A stretch of 64,000 nt of DNA, taken from an uncultured Chitinophagaceae bacterium. GTDB taxonomy: Bacteria > Bacteroidota > Bacteroidia > Chitinophagales > Chitinophagaceae. Below, piece after piece: positions 41,901-48,332 of the stretch. The position numbers were made by a program, and so were the translations under genes. The stretch lies in assembly GCA_963775145.1 (NCBI GenBank), contig CAVZHZ010000010.1:450321-514320 (forward strand). Reading direction: 5' to 3'. The notes beneath the pieces are model-generated. The model made no database searches. It was not told the origin of the DNA and was given only the letters and a program-made list of their open reading frames with translations. Positions within the stretch are counted from its first letter, which is position 1. Every line of letters begins with the position of its first letter.

Positions 41901-42303
41901 AGAGCAGGTGATGCCGGTCCACGACATACAACAAATAGATATAACCGTTAGTATTGTAATTGGGATCGAGCGCAAAACCCAATAGCCCGTAATCACCCCA
42001 ATCCCCTACTTCCTGGGTAATATCCAGCACCAGGGTTGATTGCGGATCATAGGCCTGGGTGGTATTATTCCAGGTAGAGACACGCAGTTTCCCGCTTTTT
42101 TCCCATACAAACATTTTAGTACCATCGCTGGTAAAAGTCAATCCCATAGGGAACCCCCCGAACCAAGGTGCCGGCGATACATACGAAATCGAAAACTGCG
42201 GCGAAATAAACGTTTGCGCCTCCAAAGAAGCCGTTCCGATAAAAAAAAATAAAATTGATACGATTACATTTTGCAGAAATACTTTTGAAAATATGGTACG
42301 CAT
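32983..42303 (-). CDS. Giant T9SS cargo (~3106 aa): PQQ-dependent sugar dehydrogenase (GSDH)-like propeller, PKD, Ig, 13 Ig_7-like repeats, PKD-like pairs, three copies of an unnamed ~200-aa domain, T9SS type A CTD
   Basis: Signal peptide ending SLEA-Q; HGVGSLAF..DG, GFRNPFRF and VGDVGWNKWEE; YLWNFGDG (PKD); WYAAATGG repeats; IYPNP...KGIYFIQV...VIKE. Confidence 0.88.
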   Translation of the reverse strand: MRTIFSKVFLQNVIVSILFFFIGTASLEAQTFISPQFSISYVSPAPWFGGFPMGLTFTSDGTKMFVWEKSGKLRVSTWNNTTQAYDPQSTLVLDITQEVGDWGDYGLLGFALDPNYNTNGYIYLLYVVDRHHLLYFGTGQYNPVANEYNNATIGRITRYTTFINGSQETIANPASRLVLLGETKSTGIPMLHDSHGVGSLAFADDGTLLASAGDAASYDGIDTGSNAGTHWIQALADGIIRPEENVGAFRSQLLNSHNGKILRLDPATGNGVSSNPYYDAGQPRSAKSRVWAMGFRNPFRFIRKPGSGSTNPAIGDLGEIFVGDVGWNKWEELTIINEPGVNAGWPIYEGFTATENYPVNLNYNQDELNPLFGINGCTQRYFTFGNLLKQPTADNNRFLPNPCNGTVNVVYGNSNRFIHKRPTMAWLHAGAGTETLVGTFTGNNPTTASIGTPQSGVTGTPFYGNCAGGAVWYKGTRYGTKYDGTYFIGDYVAGWIKNITVPVSDQISAVEGFASNMGAPLCMVQSPKDSLIYYVNYVNNSIIRINYGGNRAPTAVIGSSTPYGPSPHTVSFTGSGSSDPDNNPLTYLWNFGDGTTSTAINPSHSFGTGGNTTPGSYTVTLTVTDNQGGSGVATKIISVNNTPPVVAITSPVNNTQYIPGPDTTYQLTANVSDDQAGSTLKYAWQTILRHNTHEHREAVDTNKITSATIARIGCNGDTYYYIITLTVTDAYGLVGMDSAKIFPACSTAPPVITTHPLSQATCEGAAVTFTSAVSDSPVPPVQWQVSTNNGTSWNDIAGATNASLQITPAFSANGNQYRAVWTNGFGPANSNAAILTVTAAPAAPTGIATQSFCSTPTVANLTATGTGIQWYAAATGGTPLPGTTPLVSGNHYYASQTINGCESVNRLDVTVTVNTSSVITLDAGGSTGTISSYSWTRVSGPNVPVITSPSAVSTTVTGLIQGTYVFQLSLNGGASTSQVLVNVNPPASPLVSHAGYDRTITLPTSAVTLDGNGSSGTISGYTWTRITGPNTPVITTPTAVTATASGLVQGVYTFELIVTDGSTIAKDTVQVTVNAAVSGGGTSPVVSAVNTQFSRNGTSVNMLTGVPAGALLVLSVAQEYDIDDLGAPHATITSSPALTWTKRADAQAATSGNAEIYTAVYPAGGSITVTSAWVSGAMSSVVHVITNYDPASYIGASSVVNLQTSPSVAITTTQSNSLLIGVTSDYAAINGASRVYRDGATESFYDFGAGAYAAYYYRKPTTTIGTYTEGLTVPTGMKAGTALLEIKGPAAAVTPLIAYAGGNRTIFVSTAPTGNAAQSFCNAATVANLTATGTGIQWYAAATGGTPLPGTTPLVSGNHYYASQTIGGCESPTRLDVTVTVTTNPIGAPTGNTAQGFCGTATVANLTATGTNIKWYSVATGGSALSSTDALVDGNHYYASQTVGGCESTTRLDVTVTFTTTLVPGGSTSQIFCGAATVANLTATGTGIQWYAAATGGTPLPGTTPLVSGNHYYASQTINGCESVNRLDVTVTVNTSSVITLDAGGSTGTISSYSWTRVSGPNVPVITSPSAVSTTVTGLIQGTYVFQLSLNGGASTSQVLVNVNPPASPLVSHAGYDRTITLPTSAVTLDGNGSSGTISGYTWTRITGPNTPVITTPTAVTATASGLVQGVYTFELIVTDGSTIAKDTVQVTVNAAVSGGGTSPVVSAVNTQFSRNGTSVNILTGVPAGALLVLSVAQEYDIDDLGAPHATITSSPALTWTKRADAQAATSGNAEIYTAVYPAGGSITVTSAWVSGAMSSVVHVITNYDPASYIGASSVVNLQTSPSVAITTTQSNSLLIGVTSDYAAINGASRVYRDGATESFYDFGAGAYAAYYYRKPTTTIGTYTEGLTVPTGMKAGTALLEIKGPAAAVTPLIAYAGGNRTIFVSTAPTGNAAQSFCNAATVANLTATGTGIQWYAAATGGTPLPGTTPLVSGNHYYASQTIGGCESPTRLDVTVTVTTNPIGAPTGNTAQGFCGTATVANLTATGTNIKWYSVATGGSALSSTDALVDGNHYYASQTVGGCESTTRLDVTVTFTTTLVPGGSTSQIFCGAATVANLTATGTGIQWYAAATGGTPLPGTTPLVSGNHYYASQTIEGCESVNRLDVTVTITTTAAPAGNTAQSFCNAATVANLTATGTAIQWYSAATGGTPLPGTTPLISGNHYYASQTIGGCESVNRLDVTVTITTNTVAAPTGNTAQNFCNASTVASLVATGTAIQWYAAATGGTPLPGTTPLINGTHYYASQTIGPCESSTRLDVTVTITTSAISAPGGNASQSFCNAATVANLTATGTNIKWYSTATGGTPLPGTTPLINGNHYYASQTIGGCESTTRLDVTVTITTAAAPAGSTAQSFCNAATVANLTATGTAIQWYAAATGGTALLSTTPLISGNHYYAGQTISGCESASRLDVTATINNPAAPGGSASQSFCNTATVANLTATGTAIQWYTAAIGGTALLSTTPLISGNHYYAGQTISGCESTTRLDVTVAINTPAAPTGSTAQSFCSAATVANLSATGSGIKWYAAATGGTALVSTTSLVSGNHYYASQTIGGCESVNRLDVTVTINALPPVTLDASGSTGTITSYAWTTVSGPSVPVITSPAAVTTSVTGLVPGTYIFQLSLNSGASTSRVTVNVNAPASPLTAHAGSDRIITLPVSSVGLEGNGSTGTISGYTWTRITGPNTPVITSPSAVTTTVTGLIQGIYTFELSVTDGSAVVKDTVQVSVNAAPSGGASPVIFSTTTRLGTNNTAVNSLTAVPAGALLVLTIAQADDIRDGANATVTSSPALTWTKRADAGANGSGNAEIYTAVFTAGGTITVTSTWAFNLISAVVYAVTNYDPALGGAAVSVSSQTLPSLGITTTRSNSIIFGVTSDWSAINGSARLYRDAATESLYHFSTGIYTGYHYRKQTTTAGTYTEGLTVPTGMSAGTALLEIKGPAAAVIPLVAFAGNNQSVGCAGGAPLMTRNKNMWQPTAEKTISTAGATLEIYPNPSSGLFNMVLDKVSIGKAMIKITDARGVIIQRKELVIPASRHLAPVELGSAAKGIYFIQVIHPGGVLTGRVIKE
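35891..39735. repeat. Near-perfect 1860-bp (620-aa) intragenic tandem duplication, about 2.07 copies
   Basis: Lines offset by 1860 match (e.g. 35941/37801, 36481/38341); few SNPs (e.g. 37138 t / 38998 c, 37393 g / 39253 a). Confidence 0.92.
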
Positions 42304-45300
42304 ATGAAACAGGTTAAGGTTATAGCGCTGGAGTAATGAGTTCATAAAGCGAATTAAGAAATATTCTATAGCCATCCCTTTGTTGAAACATTACTTGTAA
42401 TGCTCATCAATTCTAGGTTCTCGCAATCCTCATAATAAGAAAGAGAGAACCCTATTTAACAAAGCCAAATTTCGTAGGGAGGAAAATTGCAGGAATAAAC
42501 AATTCTAAACAATGAAAATCTTACTAATATTATTTCCAAAAAATTACCAGGCACGGTAAAAAGACGCGGAGCTACTTAATCCAAGCAGACAAAAAAATTC
42601 AGAAATTTCTCTTTGGGTTTCTTAAAAAAGGGTCGATTTTTCAACAGAAGGAGTTATCTAATATACAAATTTTCAGGACTACAAAATTATTATTTCCTTT
42701 TTTTCAACGAAAATCATTTAACGCATCACGAGTTTATGCCGAATTGAATACCCCCTTACATCAAGCTAAACCGGCTCCTCCATGCAAAATTTCAACCGAA
42801 AGGAATTACTCCAATTTAGATATCTATACAGATTCTAATTAAAGGGGCAGTATTGTGCATTTACCGGCAAGGGTAATTATTCGGCCGTTATCTGTTTTGA
42901 TGGATGATCCGGTTTTCGATTGAATGCTGGCAGCTGTAGCATCTGCTGTACTGATGATACATTCATTGGCTGTCACCGGAATAATAACATGTGTAGTGGA
43001 TGTGGGCACTTTCCCAATGTCCCAATTACCGGGATTATGCCAATTATTATCGAGACCACCTGTCCAGGTTGCGACGGTAACGCCTATTGAGACAGTTTTG
43101 TTTTTGGCACATCCATTTGCATCTGTAACTGAATAATTATAGGTGCCGGCTGCCAGGTTGCTGGTAGGCGTACTATTAAACACATACCCCCCTGCACCCC
43201 CTGAAGCATTGAGCACAACACTGCCTGTTTCACCAATACAAAGTGGTTGGGTGGGAGTAACAGTTAGCACAAGAAGTACTTGTGCAACAGAAACAGATCC
43301 CGGAGCACTTGTGCAACTGTTTAGTGTACTGGTCACCGTGTAAGTGCCGGCAGTATCTGCAATAATGCTAGAGGTACTTGCACCAGTACTCCAAAATAGT
43401 GTACCAGCAGAGGAAGTAGACAAGGTGAAGGTACTGTCGCAATTATCCAGCACTGAAATGATGGGCGTCGCTATTGAAGTGATGCTTACCGTTACATCCA
43501 GTCGTTGGGTGATCTCACAACCACTGACTGTCTGGCTCGCATAATAATGATTTCCGCTCACCAGTGAATCGGTATTCAACATGGCTATTCCTCCCGTTGA
43601 TGAGGTATACCATTTAGTGAAAGACCCAGTTGCTGTTAAATCAGAAACGATGGCACCATTACAGAAATTTTGCACAGCAGGTCCCGTGGGGGCACCGGGA
43701 ATGATAATGCTTTGGTTTACTCCGGCATCGGCAATGGGTGGCATATCTATTGTGCCTTTTATTTCAATCAGAGCAGTTCCAGCCTTCATCGTACTTGGGG
43801 TGGTCAACCCTTCAGTATATGTTCCAATCGAAGTTGCTCCCTTTCGATAATGATAGGCAGTATAAATACCCGATCGGAATTGATAAAAGGTTTCGGTTGC
43901 ACCATCCCGGTAAACTCTCGATGCGCCATTAATGGCACTCCAGTCCGAACTACATCCTATGATCAAACTGTTAGCCTGCGTGGTATTGATCGTAACACTT
44001 GGGGCGGCCTGTAAATTCCCGGTAGCACTTGCGCCAACATACGATGAGTTGAAATTCGTAATTATATAAACAACTGTTGACATTCCATTAACTCCCCAAT
44101 TAGTAGTTATATTGATATTTCCGCCTGCCGTAAATAAGGCGGTATATATTTCTGCATTTCCAGAACCAGTAGCCTGTGCATCGGCCCCTTTGGTCCAGGT
44201 AAGAGCCGGTGAACTAGACACGACTGCATTCGCTGAGGTAGGTTGATCGTCAGCTTGTGCTATTGTAAGCACAAGCAGTGCACCAGCCGGAACACCGGTT
44301 AATACGTTAACACTGGAAGCTGATGTTGAAGTTTGGGTATTGAGGGAAGCAATCACTGGTAAAGAACCCGCGGGTGAAGCTGGGTTTACAATAATTTGAA
44401 CAGTATCTTTCTTAATAATACTGCTAATATCCGTTATCACTAATTCGAACAAATAATTTCCCTGTATAAGTCCGTTAACGGTTGTTGATACCTGGTTCGG
44501 TGAAACGATCAATGGAGAATTGGGTCCGGAAATCAAACTCCATGAATAACTGGAAATAACACCACTTGATCCATTACCATTCAGAGTTACAGATGATGTG
44601 GGTAGTACAATAAAGCGATCATATCCTGCATGGGCTGCTGCCGGGAGATCCTGGGGGTTCACATTTAAAGCGACTAATGAGGTACTGGCCCCACTGTTCA
44701 GGGACAATTGAAAAACATAGTTGCCCGGTACTAATCCGTTCACCTGGGTTGAGGCAGATCCTGGATTAAAAATAGTGGGAATATTGGGGCCGGAAATCAT
44801 TGTCCATAAATAACTGGTAATAGTTCCCAAGGAGTTTGTGCCATTAAGGGTAGCGTTTGAAAATGAAGTAATGCTCACGGTAACATCTAACCGGTTTACA
44901 CTCTCACATCCGTCTATCGTCTGACTCGCATAATAATGATTGCCGTTGACAAGGGCTTGAGATAATGGGAGTGGGTTTCCTCCGGATACCGAAGCATACC
45001 ATTTAAGGGCCGTGCCGGTGGCTACCAGGTTGGCTACCGTCGGAGTACTGCAAAAACTTTGGGTGGCTACCCCGGTGGGCGCTGCCGGAGCTGCCGTCAC
45101 CGTTAGAATTGCCGCATTCGAATTGGCGGGGCCGAAGCCATTGGTCCATACCGCCCGGTATTGATTGCCATTCGCACTGAAGGCCGGAGTTATTTGTAAC
45201 GAAGCATTGGTAGCCCCGGCAATATCATTCCAGCTAGTTCCATTATTGGTACTCACCTGCCATTGCACCGGGGGAACCGGCGAATCACTCACCGCGGAAG

Positions 45301-47340
45301 TAAAGGTTACCGCCGCCCCTTCGCAGGTGGCCTGCGATAATGGGTGCGTCGTGATCACCGGCGGGGCCGTTGAACAGGCCGGAAAGATCTTGGCAGAATC
45401 CATTCCCACCAGTCCGTAGGCATCCGTCACCGTCAGGGTGATGATATAATAATACGTATCCCCATTACACCCGATCCGCGCAATGGTGGCCGACGTAATT
45501 TTGTTGGTATCCACCGCTTCCCGGTGCTCATGCGTATTATGCCGCAATATGGTTTGCCACGCATACTTCAGCGTGGAGCCCGCCTGGTCATCGCTCACAT
45601 TGGCCGTAAGCTGGTAGGTGGTATCCGGGCCCGGAATATACTGGGTATTATTCACCGGGCTGGTTATCGCTACCACCGGCGGCGTATTGTTGACTGATAT
45701 TATTTTTGTTGCTACCCCCGATCCGCCCTGGTTATCCGTTACCGTTAGGGTGACCGTATAGGATGCCGGGGTCGTGTTCCCTCCCGTTCCAAAGGAATGC
45801 GATGGATTGATAGCCGTACTGGTCGTCCCGTCGCCGAAGTTCCATAAATACGTTAGCGGGTTATTGTCCGGATCGGAGGAGCCGCTGCCCGTAAAAGAAA
45901 CCGTATGCGGGGAAGGACCATAGGGAGTTGAGGAGCTGATCACTGCGCTGGGGGCCCGGTTCCCTCCATAATTGATCCGGATAATACTGTTGTTGACGTA
46001 ATTGACGTAATATATCAACGAATCCTTCGGGCTTTGCACCATGCAGAGAGGAGCCCCCATATTACTGGCAAAACCCTCCACGGCACTGATCTGATCGGAC
46101 ACCGGTACGGTAATGTTTTTTATCCATCCGGCCACATAATCACCGATAAAGTACGTGCCGTCATATTTAGTCCCGTATCTGGTGCCCTTGTACCAAACGG
46201 CTCCCCCCGCACAATTTCCATAAAACGGAGTGCCCGTTACCCCCGATTGAGGCGTACCGATGGAGGCCGTGGTTGGATTGTTGCCCGTAAAAGTGCCTAC
46301 CAGGGTTTCCGTGCCGGCACTCATATGCCACCAGGCCATGGTCGGACGTTTATGGATAAAACGGTTACTGTTTCCGTAGACCACATTGACCGTTCCATTA
46401 CAGGGATTGGGAAGAAAGCGGTTATTATCCGCCGTGGGTTGCTTCAGCAGGTTCCCAAAAGTAAAATATCGCTGCGTGCACCCATTGATACCAAATAAAG
46501 GATTCAGTTCATCCCGGTTATAGTTCAGGTTAACCGGATAGTTTTCCGTCGCCGTGAACCCTTCATAGATCGGCCATCCGGCATTAACGCCCGGTTCATT
46601 TATGATCGTAAGTTCTTCCCATTTATTCCATCCCACGTCGCCCACGAAAATCTCCCCCAGGTCCCCGATGGCCGGGTTGGTGGAGCCGGATCCCGGCTTG
46701 CGGATAAACCGGAAGGGATTGCGGAAGCCCATCGCCCATACCCTCGATTTGGCTGACCGGGGCTGGCCCGCATCATAATACGGATTACTGGACACCCCAT
46801 TGCCCGTGGCAGGATCCAGCCGAAGTATTTTACCATTATGCGAGTTTAGCAGTTGCGAACGGAAGGCCCCTACATTTTCTTCCGGCCGGATAATCCCGTC
46901 GGCCAGCGCCTGTGTATAGAAACTACCAGCTTTAGTACCCGTGTCGATGCCATCGTAAGAAGCGCCGTCTCCGGTCGAGGCCAGCAGCGTGCCGTCATCA
47001 GCAAACGCCAGGCTGCCCACCCCATGCGAATCGTGCAGTATCGGGATGCCGGTGGAATTGGTCTCCCCCAATAAAACCAGCCGGCTGGCCGGATTGGCTA
47101 TTGTTTCCTGGCTCCCATTAATAAAAGTGGTATAACGTGTGATCCGCCCAATGGTGGCATTATTGTATAAGTTGGACGCCGGATTATACTGACCGGTTCC
47201 GAAATAGAGCAGGTGATGCCGGTCCACCACATACGACAAATAGATATGGCCGTTCGTATTATAATTGGGATCGAGCGCAAAACCCAACAGCCCGTAATCC
47301 CCCCAATCCCCTACTTCCTGGGTAATATCCAGCACCAGGG
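39735..47340. repeat. ~2.3-kb near-identical direct repeat (39735-42035 and 45040-47340; offset 5305) shared by the two GSDH-like genes
   Basis: Shadow ORFs duplicate (39860/45165, 40729/46034, 41295/46600); line-by-line match with clustered differences. Confidence 0.92.
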
Positions 47341-47599
47341 TCGACTGTAGATCATAGGTTTTGGTGGTATTGTTCCAGTTGCTCACATGCACTTTGCCAT
47401 TCTTCTCCCACACAAACATTTTACTGCCGTCGCCCGTAAAAGTCAATCCCATCGGAACCCCATAACCGGGAGACAAATACGAAATCGAAAACTGCGGCGA
47501 GATAAAGGTTTGCGCCTGCAGGGAAGCTGATACGATAAAACATAACAGAATCGGGAGGATCAGAGAAGTAAGACAATTCTTTGTGAAAAAAAATCGCAT
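42839..47599 (-). CDS. Secreted paralog (~1586 aa): same GSDH-like/PKD/Ig head, shorter stalk, SprB-like repeat, terminal WTG...NW domain, no type A CTD
   Basis: Signal peptide ending SLQA-Q; head near-identical to the downstream gene; ends ATWTGGLDNNWHNPGNW...AGKCTILPL. Confidence 0.88.
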   Translation of the reverse strand: MRFFFTKNCLTSLILPILLCFIVSASLQAQTFISPQFSISYLSPGYGVPMGLTFTGDGSKMFVWEKNGKVHVSNWNNTTKTYDLQSTLVLDITQEVGDWGDYGLLGFALDPNYNTNGHIYLSYVVDRHHLLYFGTGQYNPASNLYNNATIGRITRYTTFINGSQETIANPASRLVLLGETNSTGIPILHDSHGVGSLAFADDGTLLASTGDGASYDGIDTGTKAGSFYTQALADGIIRPEENVGAFRSQLLNSHNGKILRLDPATGNGVSSNPYYDAGQPRSAKSRVWAMGFRNPFRFIRKPGSGSTNPAIGDLGEIFVGDVGWNKWEELTIINEPGVNAGWPIYEGFTATENYPVNLNYNRDELNPLFGINGCTQRYFTFGNLLKQPTADNNRFLPNPCNGTVNVVYGNSNRFIHKRPTMAWWHMSAGTETLVGTFTGNNPTTASIGTPQSGVTGTPFYGNCAGGAVWYKGTRYGTKYDGTYFIGDYVAGWIKNITVPVSDQISAVEGFASNMGAPLCMVQSPKDSLIYYVNYVNNSIIRINYGGNRAPSAVISSSTPYGPSPHTVSFTGSGSSDPDNNPLTYLWNFGDGTTSTAINPSHSFGTGGNTTPASYTVTLTVTDNQGGSGVATKIISVNNTPPVVAITSPVNNTQYIPGPDTTYQLTANVSDDQAGSTLKYAWQTILRHNTHEHREAVDTNKITSATIARIGCNGDTYYYIITLTVTDAYGLVGMDSAKIFPACSTAPPVITTHPLSQATCEGAAVTFTSAVSDSPVPPVQWQVSTNNGTSWNDIAGATNASLQITPAFSANGNQYRAVWTNGFGPANSNAAILTVTAAPAAPTGVATQSFCSTPTVANLVATGTALKWYASVSGGNPLPLSQALVNGNHYYASQTIDGCESVNRLDVTVSITSFSNATLNGTNSLGTITSYLWTMISGPNIPTIFNPGSASTQVNGLVPGNYVFQLSLNSGASTSLVALNVNPQDLPAAAHAGYDRFIVLPTSSVTLNGNGSSGVISSYSWSLISGPNSPLIVSPNQVSTTVNGLIQGNYLFELVITDISSIIKKDTVQIIVNPASPAGSLPVIASLNTQTSTSASSVNVLTGVPAGALLVLTIAQADDQPTSANAVVSSSPALTWTKGADAQATGSGNAEIYTALFTAGGNINITTNWGVNGMSTVVYIITNFNSSYVGASATGNLQAAPSVTINTTQANSLIIGCSSDWSAINGASRVYRDGATETFYQFRSGIYTAYHYRKGATSIGTYTEGLTTPSTMKAGTALIEIKGTIDMPPIADAGVNQSIIIPGAPTGPAVQNFCNGAIVSDLTATGSFTKWYTSSTGGIAMLNTDSLVSGNHYYASQTVSGCEITQRLDVTVSITSIATPIISVLDNCDSTFTLSTSSAGTLFWSTGASTSSIIADTAGTYTVTSTLNSCTSAPGSVSVAQVLLVLTVTPTQPLCIGETGSVVLNASGGAGGYVFNSTPTSNLAAGTYNYSVTDANGCAKNKTVSIGVTVATWTGGLDNNWHNPGNWDIGKVPTSTTHVIIPVTANECIISTADATAASIQSKTGSSIKTDNGRIITLAGKCTILPL

Positions 47600-48332
47600 A
47601 TAAAAAAGGTTAAGGCTTAAAAGGTTGTCCTTATCAATGAATAAAGCAATCCACCCGGACGGCAATTATTTCTTTACATTAAACTAAACCTGGATATTGA
47701 ATTAACTATAATGGTTTATGGGGATATTTATTTCCGGTTGATAAAAAAAACCTCGGTAATGTAAAATTCAAGATAGATTATTCGGGGAGTAATTCCTGCC
47801 ATCCCCTATGGATTTAAAGGCTGAATTTCACACTACTTCGCTAAAATTCAGGAGATTGGTTTTAGAAATTCGAATGATAAAGGATTGCATTCTTTTATCT
47901 GTGAAATGGAAAAAGAGAAATAGGAATTTCCAAGGGATATTCTGAACTGGCTGTCTTGATTAAGTAAAATTAAATACTTAGTACAATTTCCCTAAACTGG
48001 GATCTGTTATCAGCACTTATCCCAAGACAAATCCATCCTGGGCGATAAAAATACATTTCTTTTTTAAAAGCACATAATATTGCGGCATAAACAGTAATGG
48101 AGATGGGTTATGCTTATGCTAATTAGGCATTTCCAAACTTTATTTGATAGTATTGTGTATTCTCAAATATTATTGTAGTTTCGTATCCGCTTACCCAAAA
48201 TCCAATTTTTAATGTTCTCTTATCCACTGAAAGTCCCACACTAAAATATCCTTCGCAAGGTTTACGTTTTCCTGTCTCAGAAGTTCCAATGATCCCCTGA
48301 AATACATATTTGGTTTTGAGAATAACCCAAAA

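Noticed and set aside
42241-47593. T8-T9 tracts in the signal-peptide coding regions of both GSDH-like genes as phase-variation switches
   Set aside because: Both genes are in frame, and such tracts are expected from Phe/Leu-rich signal peptides in an AT-rich genome. There is no evidence of length variation.
47666-48332. Possible invertible promoter between the divergent giant genes
   Set aside because: I found no convincing inverted-repeat pair flanking a promoter motif, and no recombinase is nearby.
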